From assembly GCF_009914755.1 (NCBI RefSeq), contig NC_060926.1: a stretch of DNA of 64,000 bases. One strand, written 5' to 3'. This document shows positions 14,796 to 31,950 of this stretch, piece after piece. The position numbers and the translations under genes are program-made. Origin of the DNA: the human T2T-CHM13v2.0 reference genome, Homo sapiens. The notes beneath the pieces were generated by a model that did no database searches, was not told where the DNA came from, and worked only from the letters and a program-made list of their open reading frames with translations. Every line of letters starts with the position of its first letter. Position 1 is the stretch's first letter.

Positions 14796-14827
14796 GCAAT
14801 TCCTGCTGTAACCAGCAGAGGGCAGTG
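14796..14827 (+). promoter_or_regulatory. Candidate CTCF binding site with upstream motif
   Basis: Core CCAGCAGAGGGCAG (14812-14825) fits CCASYAGRKGGCRS; GCAATTCC (14796-14803) lies 8 bp upstream. Confidence 0.6.
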
Positions 14828-16119
14828 CAGTGCCCGCTGTGGGTGAGGGACGACAGCAGCCTCCACCAACTCAGGAAGCACTTGTGAAGCACCCAGGACA
14901 TCCAGAAAAGAATCACCTGGAGTGCAAGGCAATTATGCAGAGGACTTGAGGTACACAAAAGATGAAGGGCAATTCACATTCCCTATCGCTGAATTTCCTA
15001 TTAAAATCTTTCCTTGGTTACCTGGGCATGATCAACTCTGACCTAGGGTCCTGGAAAGAATTTCAGAGCCATATAAAAACTAAAGCTATGACCTCATTTT
15101 TAAAGAAGATAGAGAAACAATGGGATCCGAATTAAGAAGACATACAAAAATCAATGATTTTTGCAGATGTTTTGGGGATAAATTCCTTCCCTGGATTTTC
15201 ACATGTTGCCTTCTGGAACTAGATGTTATTTCTGTTACCCCCTACTCTCCCCTTTCTTGCTACTCCCCCTCATACCTTAGAAAGTCTGTCCATAAGCCAA
15301 GATAAAGCTGTTGGCATAAAGCTGCCAGATATTCCATTAGAATTTCCCTGCCTTTAGGCAGAATGGGACCACTTTCAATATCACCTACACATAGAGCAAG
15401 CACTTTCCTTGTAGTTTTCTGGAGGTTTTGTTTTTGGCTCATTGTTTTTTTCTGCCATGGAGACAATGACTATAACGGGGATAAAAGCAAGGAGGAGACT
15501 TATTTTAACTTTCCACTACTTATTTGTTTTATTTATTTTTGCCTTCAGGGGACAAATTTAAGGTGGTTGGTAAGTCAAGCAAGTAAGAGGAGAGTGATCA
15601 AATGAAGATGTGAAATGTTTTCTAATATATCATAGGCTTGCTTCACTTCATTTGTAATTCCAATATTTACTGAGTTCCAGGTATTATGTTAAATTAAAAA
15701 GAATCTGAATTTTAAATCAAATAATCTTTGTTCTTTTTACAGTTTTGCTGTGTGAAGTGCAACAAATCATATAAGCTCTTGAACCTATTTTCTTATCTGT
15801 AAATGCCAGGTTTATGGTCTTTTTTAGTTCTAATCTTTGGTGATTCAAATAATGCAAAACATCATTAAGCTGCAATATTCTATTTACTAGAGAAAACAGA
15901 ATTCAGTAAACATGCTTGCACCTTATTCAAGAAAAAATAATTTATAATAGTAATTGCCATTGGCTAAGCCCTTCTGTCATTGTGTCAGGCATGATGCTAT
16001 GTGTCAGGGATGATGTTAAGCATTGTATATGCATTACATCTGTTTTATATTCACTTATGTTTTACCATTAATCCCAGTTTGCAGATTAGAAAACTGAGGC
16101 TTTAAGAACTTACCCAAAG

Positions 16120-16592
16120 TTCTTGGGAGATAATTCTCTATGGATATTTTATGTTTCTGTACACGTGGCAGAGAGAGGCACTGGCTGTATCTTTCTGGAA
16201 TGCTTATACAATGAACAGCCTTGGAAGATAGAGATACTGTCTCCTTTCAGAGCAAAGAACAGAAGTGTTTACTATCCAGTATAATAAAGACAATATCTCC
16301 CTCTAGACAGAGGTCAGGCAGGCTCACCGTTCATTATAAAAGATTTGGGTTGCTTACATTTCAGGTTCCTCTGCTGTCATGCAATCTACTATATGTGCTA
16401 TTACTGGGGTCAGGGAACCAGCAAAAATGCTGATGCTCAAACTATTGCTATTGTTGTGAGTAATAAACTGTTTTTTTGTCACTGATCCAGGAGTCTCATG
16501 TCTTCTGTCAGCATCCATGAGACTGTGGCAGACTAACTTGCTAGCCTGCATGTACTGTATAGTAAAATCAGACTCTTTACAAATCTTAACAA
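16120..16592 (+). mobile_element. ERVL LTR (LTR40-like) inserted in a MIR
   Basis: ttgggagataattctctatgg...aacagccttggaagatagagat motifs; MIR sequence aacttacccaaag resumes as gtcacctagatagcaaatgg after the LTR. Confidence 0.65.
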
Positions 16593-18946
16593 TGTCACCT
16601 AGATAGCAAATGGAGAAGCTTAATTTAGAATCCAAGTGGCCTAACCCTAAGATCTACCTTCTTAACTTCTACATTCTCCAGCTTCCCAAAGTCATACATA
16701 TCTTTCATACAATTAATATGATAGTCTGGTTAACTGCAATGCAAGATAGATGACTAAGACTAGCACTCCATTATTCCAGTGTATGAGCAGTCACAGGAGA
16801 CTGCAGAAGCAGGAAGCAGTTCTGGTAGAGCAGGCAAAACCCAGTTTCCGGAGATAACAAGGCAACCATTCTCAGGGGGCAATTTGTCTAGCAGATGGTG
16901 TAAGGGAAATCCTAGGTAGAGAGCAGACCACACTGATAGGCATCAGAGTGTGGTTATGAAGGCCAGAGTAGAAAGTTGGGGCAGAAAAGAAACTGAGCCT
17001 GTCAGCAGGTAGCAGGGCCCTCGCCTCCAGGTGGAGCTTTAAGGATCAGCTTATACTCTTGGTAGTGAAAGGGAGGGAAATGGCAGAAGAAAGGAAGGGG
17101 CCCATCAGGTATGAAATGTGAGGCACTATGTTTTAATGAGACACAGAACTGCTCACAGATAGGGGCTGTGGCAAAGCTGGGCCCACAGGTGAGGGTCCTG
17201 TGGTGTGCGTCCAGCTATAGCGTGGAAAATGAATCAGGGACCAGGAACCAGGCTGTGTTCCACACATGGCTAGAGAGGTTCCAGTCTTAGCCCAGTGGGA
17301 ACACTGCAGTGTCCCCGGAAGCCTAGGAACAGCCCAACATCAAACTGTCAGTCAATCACAAATCTCTTCATCCTCATCCAATCTTGTTTCTGTTAAACCT
17401 AGTTTTTAATCTAAAAATTTAGAATTTGCAAATACTTTTTCCAAGTAGTATAAGCTATTCTTCATGAATAGTACAATGTACTATCAAGAAAGCATGCAAA
17501 TCAGATCGGTATTAGTTCTTTTCATCTACCCCACTGTGTCCGACAAAGCACCCCTCAATTTAGTCCTGACAGATGAATGGTATTTACTTGTCACAACCTC
17601 AGGAAAAGCAACACCACAATCTTCCTCCATTTTACACATCTAGCAAATGTCACTTTCATGAAATTTTCTCATACAAATGTAACAAACTCCTTATATCACA
17701 ATATACTTCCAATTCTTATCCTTTAGTGGAGATGAAAAACAACAAAAACTCTGCCATTTTAAGCCAATTACAAGGCATTTAACATGGCATTTTGAATGGC
17801 AAAAGAGACTCCTGCTGTCTTGTTTTGTGTACTCCAATTTTTCAAGTTAATGCTCCTATAACAGCATCCAAACAAAAGCAAATGGCAAAATGAACACCCA
17901 ACTCACTGTACTGGGAATGCACAGATCAGCTCAATTTAACAAGAGCCGCCCGACTGCCTTCTCCCGTCAGGCCCTGGGTTAATATGCAGCCCGTACACTA
18001 AATTGCATGACACCATTACTATTTTCAAGTTTACCACTAGTTTCAGCTACATCCCTGAGAGGATTACTAGCCAGCTCAAATTCCTTCAATATTTTCACAA
18101 AAATACAGGCTAAAGTTCAAATTTCAACTCCCTGTTAAGGCCTTCCAAATGTTGGCCCTATTGGACATTACTACTATTGTTATTATTAATGTTTGTTTAG
18201 ATTTACCCACATGTGTACCAGTTTTTTCCTCCTCATTCCTTCCAACACCTCCTTCCTTCTTTCTGTGATATAGTTTTATTTTTTTTCCAAAGACAATCCT
18301 TTAGAGTATCTTTTAGCATTGGTGATAAATGCTTTTAGTTTTGTATGAATATATGTTTATTTTATAATCAATCTTAAAAGGTAAGGTAGTTGGGTATGCA
18401 ATCCTAGGCTTACACTTATTTTCTCTCAGTACTTAAAACATATTATTCCCTTATCAAGTGCAACTGATGCTGCTAAAAAGCCAGCTGCCAATCAAAATCT
18501 TGGTAGATTATCTGCCTTTGTCTCCGGTTTCTTTTAGGTCTTCTTTATGTCATTGGTAGCCAATTTGTATTTTGTCAGCCTCAATCAAAGGCTTAATTGA
18601 ATCATGGTAACCTCCAATGTATATATTGGCCAAACATTACTGTGGATGGAGACAATATTATACCTTCATGACTCATTGCACACTGAGAGAGAATCTTTGT
18701 TAATGTAGGAAATGTTCTACCCTGTGTCATTCATTGGCATGACAATTCAGCCCTCTGGGGTCAGACTCAATTGCACAATGTATACGCATATGACAGTATG
18801 ATCTATGGAGTTTCTAAAGAAATGTGCAGGAGAAGCAGGCAAATACATTTTTGAAAAGAGGCAGTAAGAAAAACTGAAGCAGTGTAGAAATAGAAAATGA
18901 AAAACAAAATATTTTAATCTTTTTTTTCAGTCCCAGTGTTACAGAT

Positions 18947-18961
18947 GTCTCTCTCTCTCTG

Positions 18962-18993
<32 letters not shown>

Positions 18994-19013
18994 CACACAC
19001 ACACATATATATA
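18947..19013. repeat. Compound (CT)n(TA)n(CA)n(TA)n microsatellite
   Basis: Seen directly in the sequence. Confidence 0.9.
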
Positions 19014-20148
19014 TTGCTCTATTCTGCTATTCTGCTCTTTCTGAAGTCCCTCATTTCCAAAAAAACCAACTAATTTGGCCTTCACTATGTAGTTTCAGAA
19101 TGCCAAAGGTCTAAAAAGCCTTAATGACTAAGAAGCAAATGAGTCTGTACACGCTTGTGCAGCACTTTTCGGCTTGAAAGCACTTTATGAACATTGGCTA
19201 ATTAATCTTTACAACATCCCACTCAGAAAGAGAGTTAAACTGAAAATCATTAAACAGTGTAAAAAAGTCACTTTAGCCCTGGAAACTCATTAAACTATCA
19301 CTAATATGCATAGAATTTGAGCACTGGGCCTTCTATCAATGTACACAAAAAAAGACAGTAGGTAGCCAGCCTTTTCAAACTTGCAAGCCACAGAGAAAGG
19401 CTATTAAAGCCCCATTGTGTGGTCTGGTCCAATTATACATCATTGAAGAATGCCGGGGGTCTACACTGGAGAATCTTAGTGAAGGGGGCCATCCCGTTCG
19501 TGGACCCTACTTGTAGAAGGCAAAACAGCTTGAAGAGCCACATCACTGTCAGCTAAATGAACAGGTGAAAAAAAGGTTTTCCCACCTACAGATAACACCT
19601 CCTCCCTTTGTGTAGATTCTGAAAACAGGACTCTTAAAGTCACTTCTGCCCTCAGGCAGTAACTATATGATAAAGCTTCACTGATTTGGAGCCCACTGAT
19701 TTGGAACTGGGGATGTTTTAAGACAGTTGTGATTCAAATGCTGAATAAACTCTTCAAGTAGAGTAATTTAGAAAATAACATATCAAAATATGAAAGCAGT
19801 CACATTATTTTCATATGATGAAATACTTTCAGAGCATTTTTAGGAATATAATATTAAAAATAATTTTTAAATGAGTTTGCAGTTTTCCAGAGATTCCAGA
19901 GGAAAGCCCTGCTTCCAGAGGTATAGCTTCATTCACTGCAATTTTGTTTCTACACAAATTCAATAAAGATGAAAGATGGAGCTTTTATTTTAAGAATCAG
20001 AATCATAAATGACTTTTGTTAGTTCATACCAAAATATATGACCTTGGCTAAGGCATGCCTTTTTCCACCAGTGTTCCGCCCTTTTCAAAGAAAACAGTCT
20101 CCAAAAGATACAAATAAATATAAAACATTGTTTTAAAAATTGTAATGG

Positions 20149-20445
20149 GGCCAGGCGCGGTGGCTTATGCCTGTAATCCTAGCACTTTGGGAGGCCGAGG
20201 CAGGTGGATCACTTAAGGTCAGGAGTTCCAGACTAGCCTGACCAACATGGTGAAACCCCGTCTCTACCAAAAATACAAAAATTAGCTGGCCGTGGTGGTG
20301 TGCACCTGTAGTCCCAGCTACTCAGGAGGCTGAGGTAGGAGAATCACTTGAAGCTGGGAGGTAGAGGTTGCACTGAGCTGAGATTGTGCCACTGCACTCC
20401 AGCCTGGGTGAAAGAGTGAGACTCCATCTCCAAAAAAAAAAAAAA
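20149..20445 (+). mobile_element. AluS element
   Basis: Full dimer; TSD aaaaattgtaatgg. Confidence 0.93.
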
Positions 20446-21199
20446 TTGTAATGGAATAGATGATTCAATTACATGTCTTTTGAAATTGTCCACTATGAGA
20501 ATTGACATTCTGAAGAATAGGGTGGGGGACTTCATTCACAAAAGACAAGGGAGAACAAGAGGGCAAATAAAAAAGAAGGAGAAGCTTTGTTTTTTGGAGA
20601 CAGAAACAAGGACAAGATAATGGATCAGAGATGTGGGGAGGGAAGCAAGGAAAGCAAACCCAAGGTGGGCTCCTCACTGGTCCAAATTTGGGGCAGAACA
20701 CATCCTAAAGCGTGAATCTTTACAGGCTCCCCTTCTCCTGTCTAGGCGTCCTCATCACTCTTCTTCCATGTTCCCTTCTTAGGACAGGGAAATTGAGGTG
20801 CTTCTACTTCTGTCCCTGAGTATTAAAGCTGGGACCCCAGGGAGGTTGGAATGAGCTCCCTTCCACTACTCTAGCCCCTCTCCTACAAGCTAGTGTTGGC
20901 TAAAATATCCCCAGGAGGCTATCCAGGGGCAGAGATGCTGAATTCAGTTCCTGGCAAGTAGCCTAGTAGCATCAACATCTATTCTCTTTGACTTTTTAGA
21001 AGCTCTGGTCTACTGAGTGCTTGAATCATGCAGGTACTACTCATATCACTCAATAACCTTATTTCTATTTGGTCCTATGTCCACCCCCACAACTTTAGGG
21101 AAATAACCTTCTCATGTCTGGGGGCAGTTTTTAATTCCCACCCTCTTATTTCCAGACCCTCAGGGAAAACCCTGAAGGAATCTATTGCAGGACCCATGT

Positions 21200-24100
21200 C
21201 CTTTCTAAAATAATTTTTTTTTCTGATCATAGATTTCAAGAGAAAAAAAATACCCATATTTCTGCCACTCAAGGGTAACCATTATTAACATTTTGGAATA
21301 TATTCAAGTTTTCTTCTCTCTTTTTCCTTTCACATAAAGCCAAATAGGCTAATCCTATACATAATATTTTATCAGCTTTTTTCACTTTTTATAACTAGCT
21401 ATTACCTATTATGACCAGTTTCTATGGATGCAAAATATCCCATTGTATGGTGCAGAAACATAAAATTTATAGAGAAGGAAAGTAGATTAGTGGTTGCCTG
21501 GGTTAGCAGCAGTAACAGGATTTGCTGTAAATGGGCATAGGGGATCTTATTGGTAGTGGGTTCTAAAACGGATTTATGGTGATGGTTGTACCTCTCATAA
21601 TGTTACTAAAAGTCATTGAATTGCTCACTTGAAATGTGTGAATTTTATGATATATAAAATATACCTCAAGAAAGTTTTAAAAATTACCATAAATACTCTG
21701 TTCATGGTATGGATTAATGTAGTTTACTTAGTCAATCATAGAACGTTGGACATTTAGGTTGCTTCCAATTTTAGATTAATAATTCTGGGGTTAAACATCC
21801 TAGAAATTAAATCTCTCCGAATCCCATTATTATTTTCTTAGAGTAAAGCGTTGATATTGGAACTTACTTTATTCAACACACAACTTATATAGCGCTTTTC
21901 TGTACCGGGCAATATTCTAAATGCTTTACTAATATTAATTAATTGAGGGTTGTGTACCCTTTAAAATAATCCTTAACAATATAAACACATTTACTTTTTG
22001 CTAAAAGAAAACAGTAGAGAAATGCATAGAGTAAAGTAATGACAGTTCCCCCTTAATTTCCTGTCCCACTACCCACTCCCTTCCCAAGGTACAACCCTGC
22101 TAGCATTTGTAGTGTGTTCTTCTGGATGTTTTATGGCTACAGTCACACAATATCTAGTTTTAGGGTTGTTTGTAAACATAAGTGGGATCACACTATGTTA
22201 TTTTCGATACCTTCTTTTTCACTTGGCAATATATCTTGGAAATCTTTACATGTTAATTCAAAGAGAACTTACTTCATTCATCTTAATGTCTGCAGAATAT
22301 TCTAGGGGGTGGTTGTATCTGTTACTAGACATTGCCATTGTTTCTAATTTTTCTTTATTACAAATAATGCTGCTGTCAACTTTCTTACAAATAAATCTTC
22401 ATGCACCTGGACAATACTTCTGTTTGACAGTTTCCTAAAAGTGGAATTTTAAGGTTGAAGAACATATGCTCAAAAAATCTTAATTACTACTGCCAAATCA
22501 TCCTCCAAAAAGGCTCTACCAATTTATACTCCCACTAACAGTAATCAGAGGATTCATTTACCCCAACTCATACAACACTGGGTATTACCATTCTTTTAAA
22601 ATCTTGTCTATCCGACAGATAAAATCAGTACTCATTTTTGTATTAACTGACATTTACTTGATTAATAGATTGAACACTTTTCATAATTTGTTGGTTGTCT
22701 GTATTTTAAAATATGGCCTCTTTTGCTTATTTTGTTTATTTTTTAGTGGACATTCATCTATTACTTATTGCTCAGTAAGTACCCTTTATGTGCTAAGAAT
22801 ATTAAACATTTTCCATTTTCACAATTCATGAATCTTACTTGATAATCAAACAGTAATTGTCATCTGTTTGATATAATCCATTAGGCCTACAAGCTATGAG
22901 CGCTTTGTCTAAGATGAATAATATTATGGCTCCATAAACTTGGCCTACTCTCTCTCACAGTGTGAAGATCTTTTACAAAGATATCTGCCTATATAACTCT
23001 GCCAAGGTTATTTTTATAAGCAGGTTGACCTACATATATCATCCTGCCCATTTATTCCATCTGCCTTTGTAACTCACAGCTTCTGCAAAAAGTTGTTTTG
23101 AGCTGCTGTTTGATCCAAGCATTCTTGAGTTTTAGTTATTAAGATCATTATGATTCCCCACTTACCCAGCACAGGTATAAATGCAGGAAGCTACACAATA
23201 GAGTAACTTAGTCAAGGTGTCAAGGTATCAACACCCTGAAATGCTAGAAAAATCTTATTATATCACAATGAACATACGAACATAAAATTTCCTCTTACAC
23301 TATTTTCTGATGAGAAATGCCTAAGTTTTTCTTTAAATTTGAAATACATTCACATTATTTCCTCCTATTAGTAGCAGAAGGCTTTTCTTCACTGTCTCGT
23401 TTATCAAACTCCTTCCTTTTTATAATTCCTGGTTCATAAAGTACAGGACATTACATAAAGGCAGAATCATATAGCATGTGGCCTTTTGTGTCTGGCTGCT
23501 TTCACTTTGCATGCTGTTTTAAGGGTCCATTTATATTGAAGATATATCAGTACTTTATTCCTTTTAAAATTTTGTTTTAAAGAAGTAGATTTTTTTTAGG
23601 GCAGTTTTAGGTTTACAGAAAAGTTAAGTGGAAAGTACAAGGATTTCCCATAGACCCTGCCCAACACACAGTTTCCCCTATTATTAACATCTTACATTAG
23701 AGTGGTACATTTGTTACAACTGATGAGTCAATACCGACACATTATTAACTAAAGTCTAGTCTACAAAGTCTACAATAGGTTCACTCTTTGTGTCACACAT
23801 TATTCGGATTTTGACAAATGTACATGTTCACCATTACAGTATCATACAGAATAGTTTATTGCCCTAAAAATTCCCTGTGCTTCACCTGCTAATCCCTCCC
23901 TCCTTCTCCCTCAGTCTCTGGCAACCACTGATCTTTTTATTGACTCTGTAGCTTTGCCTTTTCCAGAATGTCACATAGTTGGAACCACGCAGTATATATC
24001 CTTTTCAGATTGGCTTCTTTTACTTAGCAATATCCATTTAAGGTACCTCTACATAATTTCATGGCTTAATAGTTCATTTCTTTTTATCACTGATTAACAT

Positions 24101-24360
24101 TCCATTAACTGGATATACCCATGTTTGTTTATCCATTCACCTATTGAAGAGCATCTCAATTGCTCCCAAGATTTGACAATTATGAAAAAAGCTGCTATAA
24201 ACATTCATGTGCCAGTTTTTGTGTAGACATAATTTTTTGACTCATTTGGATAAATATCCAGGAATGCAATTGCTGGATTGCATGGTAAGCGTATCGTTAG
24301 CTTTGCAAGAAACTGCTAAGCTGTCTTCCAAAGTGGCTGTGCCATCTTGCATTCCCACCC
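21200..24360. mobile_element. Cluster of old L1M 3' fragments, mostly - strand
   Basis: Typical motifs such as gttggacatttaggttgcttccaatttt, tctggcaaccactgatcttt and gctgctataaacattcatgtgc; boundaries approximate. Confidence 0.65.
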
Positions 24361-25272
24361 TTTCCTATGTCTGGGTTCTCCCTGTCCCTTCAAAGGAGGA
24401 GTGTTTCCCTTCATTTGGTATTGCTTCCACCTTCACTGTGTAATCTACATCTGCTTCGCTTCATGTCCTCACTCCCTGTCATTTTGCTTACAGTTTTGCA
24501 GTCTTCAGAAATGGCTGGCTTGTGGCCTGTCTATGACATCCCAATTACCCGAACATGAAATACACCTATAATACATTCTTATTTTCTGCAGCCTTTAACA
24601 CTTGATCACCAGCTAGATATGAAACTTTGGCTTCCATGGACTATACACCCCTATTTAATCTTTTTCTACGTTTCTGACACTCATGTTCAAGTTATATTCC
24701 CGGGTTCAGTCTTTGGTCTTCTAACTGTCCCTTTCTACATTCTCCCTCTAAGCATTTATTTATTTCTACAATATAAGAATATTACAAAATAAAGTGGGTT
24801 GGCTATGCAGGAATTAACCTTTGAGCAAGAGTCAGAAAAGACAACAAATTCAGTACTGCCATATATTTAAGGCAGCTGAGAAGTCTTCCTCCTTCTGCTC
24901 TTGAACTTTGGTCTGTCACGAATTCCCTCTGCCTCTGATTTCACTTTCCTACATCCCTAACCCCACTTCTAATCAGCCACATCTGCTACCTTTCAGACCC
25001 ACGTTTCAGTCTCTAATCCAGACACAGCTTGAGCTCTGAAAACATTTGCTTCCTCTATCTTATAGTCTAATTTTAGTATTCCTGGTCCTAGACTGAACTG
25101 AACTCTGAATTCAACCATAGTGACCGAACAGGCACCAAAGTCCCTTCCTTCTATCTGTGTCTTCTGTAGTTACCTCTGGAACGATTCTCAAAGTGGGCTC
25201 TCTAGTGCTGACATTTTCTCTGTGCTCTGGCTTCACATCACCAGGTGCCTAGAGGACATTTCAACTTGAAGG

Positions 25273-25622
25273 TTTTTTTTATTTTATTTTATTTTATTAT
25301 TATTTTAATTATTTGTTTATTTATGAGATGGAGTCTTGCTCTGTCGCCAGGGCTGGAGTGCAGTGGCACAATCTCAGCTCACTGCAAGCTCCGCCTCCCG
25401 GGTCCACCGCCATTCTCCTGGCTCAGCCTCCCGAGTAGCTGGGACTACAGGTGTCTGCCACCACGCCCGGCTAATTTTTTTTTTTTTTTTTTTTTTGTAT
25501 TTTTAGTAGAGATGGGGTTTCACCGTATTAGCCAGGATGGTCTTGATCTCCTGACTTCGTGATCCACCCGCCTCAGCCTCCCAAAGTGCTGGGATTACAG
25601 GCGTGAGCCACCATGCCCGGCC
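25273..25622 (-). mobile_element. AluY element
   Basis: Diagnostic ctgcaagctccgcctccc and ttagccaggatggtct; TSD aacttgaaggtt. Confidence 0.92.
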
Positions 25623-26949
25623 AACTTGAAGGTTCTTATACTACCACAAACTCAGCATTCTGAAACCAAGTTTATCATCTCAATTCCCCTTGTCCTTCCA
25701 AAGAAAGAGGGCTTCCGCCTCCAAAACCACCCTATATGTGCCAAAAAAAAATTTAAAGTTCAAATCACCCAATTCCAAATCCTGGGAGCCATCATTGATT
25801 GCTATCCAGATGTAGGCATAAGCAATTCAGGAGCTTTTGAAACTTCTGTTCCCATGGCCTTGATTTCCCCTGCTCCAGCACTGCCATCACTCACCATCTC
25901 TGGTAATAGTTCCCAGATCTCTCACCATTGCTGCAACAGTAGCCAAGATCCTTTCATCCTTGCAATGTGACAAGAACCCAGTAAACTTTGTTTCCCATCC
26001 AGGAAAGCTATAAATTTAAACACACTGACTATCCATCCCAATGTGCTCCATTGTCTTAACTTTTTAAAATGTAAGGTATAAATATGTCTTACACATATTA
26101 AATACTAGTCTTTTTCAAACTACATTTGCGTGAGCATTTTCATACCACATACAGTATTTTTAAAAATCTCATTAGAAGCTCATCAGAAAGTATCTCCAAT
26201 ATTTAAGACTGTGGCTTAGCATTTTACAGACACTGTGGAAGATATGTAATAATCTCAGGAAAAATAATAAGGAAATATAAAATTGCTATTTAGAGAAACA
26301 CATGAGACCCAGAGGGGATTATTCTACTTATATATCTTTTTTTTAATTTCCAAAATAATTCATCATCCAAATGCAACACTAATGACATGGATAATAAACC
26401 ATACTATTTTTTAATTTCCAGTAATATTCTCCAGTGGAGTTTAAAACAGAGAAGGCTATGAAAATATGCTTAGAGCATTAATATTTAATTAATGTAATAG
26501 TACCCTAAAATGAATATTATAAGTGTAAAAGCCTTGATATAATTCGTAAGTTGTATCTATGCAACTAAAACACAAAAGTGGTACCTAGTAAATTCAGGGC
26601 ATTCTTAATGGATAGCCTTGAAGACAAAAAGAGCTTTAAAGTTTGGCCTAACAACAAACAAAACTTTGTGAAGGGCCAATCATTTATTAACAAACTGGGG
26701 TATCAATCCAAAATAGCAGAGGGGAAACTGTCTACATGAGTCATCAGTAATTCAGCAAGATTTCTCATTTGGTATCCTAGAACAGTCTAACTTACAAACT
26801 AAGATGCTAGCTTCAAAGCCAAAATACTTTATTGCCCCTATTCACAGTTTCTACTTTCCACCCATATTCAGTCTGTCTGCAACAGAGTCTCAGCCTGTCC
26901 TTTATTGCTTCCTTTCTCTTCATGGTTCAGCTATTTATTTTGAGGGCTC

Positions 26950-29280
<2,331 letters not shown>

Positions 29281-29327
29281 TGGTAAATTATATAAGTATA
29301 TTTTGCTTCAATTAAAAAATTGTTTCG

Positions 29328-29797
<470 letters not shown>

Positions 29798-30884
29798 CTA
29801 TAATTTTTAATATTATTTTCCTATAGATATACAGAAAATAATTCCATTTTCATTAGCATATTGATACAAATGAGCTTTATATTATTTATGATGGGATGCA
29901 TAATACATACAACTTTACCCAGAGACACATTTCCTATTTGCACTACTAGTACTGGTTTGTGTCCTACAAATGCAGGAATTCCAATAAATAATATTTTGCA
30001 TAATTCTCATCTAAAAGCAAAAAAAAAAAAAGAAAAAAAACATGTTTATCATGGCATATGCTGCATTTTTGAGTATGCTCCTGATAGGAGAGCATAAAAC
30101 TTCTATTTGAATAGGCATCTATGAAAAACCACATTTTACGAGTCTGATTGGAAGATTTTTTTTCCATAGACTAGTTTCTGACTTCGTACATTTCAAACCT
30201 TGTTTCTCCTTCACTATACATATTCTTCCAGACCCACATACTATAGACCACCTTCATATCAAAATGCAACCACTGACCTTGTATATCTGCATCAAGATGT
30301 TGAGTGAACTGGGATGGTGAGCAAAAGAATATTCAGAAAAGCCGTTCCTACAGCATAAAGCTAGCAACAACTTTCCACAAAAGGGATTGGGAACCATAAA
30401 AATTATCCTACTAAACTCAAAAGTATCTACAGCTGGACTTCTTCCCTAGCTACATCCCAAGAATGTCTGTGGCCTGATGAATGGGGAAATCTGACAGACA
30501 GGAAGCTGGAAGGGAAAAAGAATTATCTCAAATGAATATCATTAAAATATCTTACTTTTGTTAACTTTACAAAACTTTCCTCCTTCTCACGTTCCTTTGC
30601 AGAATGACTTTTTTCCCATCTGACTTACTTTTTAGCATTCCTCGAGGCTTGATTCTGAGACTTCCTATCTCACTCTCCTCTCTTTCTAAAAAATCTTATC
30701 TACAACACTGGATTAAATTGACCTCTGCATGCATGACTCTCAAGTTTATATTTCTAACCCAGGTTACCCCCTTGAGCCCAAGATCTGTGTGTATCCAACA
30801 GCTTACTCAATATTTTCACTTAGATGTCTCAAAAGCACCTCAAATACTTTATGTCCAAGACAGAACTCATAATTAAACACCCTC

Positions 30885-31033
30885 TTGACGAGTTAATGGG
30901 TGCAGCACACCAACATGGCACATGTATACATATGTAACAAACCTGCACATTGTGTACAGGTACCCTAAAACTTAAAGTATAATAATAATAAAATTAAAAA
31001 AAGAATATATAACAACAACAAAAAATAATAATA
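30885..31033 (+). mobile_element. Short 5'-truncated L1PA 3' end inserted into an L2
   Basis: tgacgagttaatgggtgcagcacaccaacatggcac...; 16-bp TSD ataattaaacaccctc (30869-30884 and 31034-31049). Confidence 0.9.
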
Positions 31034-31719
31034 ATAATTAAACACCCTCAACCACTTATTTCTCTTCCAAGAGGAGTATATCTTAGTGAAGGCACCATCT
31101 TGCCACAAAGGGCTGAACCCAAAAACCTGGAGCCATGTCCCATACCTGACATCACTGAGTCCGGCTAATTTTACCTGTTAGTTATGTCTCAACATTGTCT
31201 GCTTCCTTTAATCATCACTTCCCACTCCCTCACCCCCACTCCAATCCAAGCTACCTTTCTGGCTGTTCCATGGCTTCCTATTGCTTACAGGGCCTACACT
31301 CAAAGCCCTTCATAATCTATTCCCAACACACAGTGGACTTTTCTTGACTCATCTTCCAGCACTCTTCTCCCTCTACATTTCTTGTATTCCAGTCACAATA
31401 GATTATCCATGCCCATGTACAACTAAGTTGTATACCTCTGTCTTTGTTCATCATAATTCCCTCATTCTAGAACCTTCTTGCCTACTTTGTGCATCTGTCA
31501 GACTCTACTTATTTTACAAGGACCAGTTCAAATATCTCAATAAAATCTTTCTGGACTTTTCGATTTGCTCTACCATTGTCTCTCTGCATTCTCCTCATTC
31601 CACCAAAGAAATGGCACTTTATATGCTTTTATAGCTCTAATGCTTTTATAGCTCTTTGTACATACCTCTAATGCAGTACTTTTATATTAAATATTTTTAA
31701 TTTATTAATTTATTATTTA

Positions 31720-31950
31720 TTTTCATTTAATTTTTTTAAAAAATACAGGGTCTTGCTCTGCTGCCAAGGCTGGAGTGCAGTGGCACAGTCACAGTTCATG
31801 GCAGACTTGAGGTGAGAGGATCACTTGAGCCTAGGAGTTTCAGGTTGCAATGGGCTATGATTGTGCCACTGCACTTTAGCCTGGATGAAAGAGCGAGGCT
31901 CTGTCTCTCCCCCAGCAAAAAAAAAAGGAGAAAGAAAAGAAAAGAAAGTA
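31720..31950. mobile_element. Two AluJ-like right-arm fragments joined head-to-head
   Basis: Antisense 3' end (~31745-31810) directly fused to a sense 3' end (~31810-31930). Confidence 0.8.
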
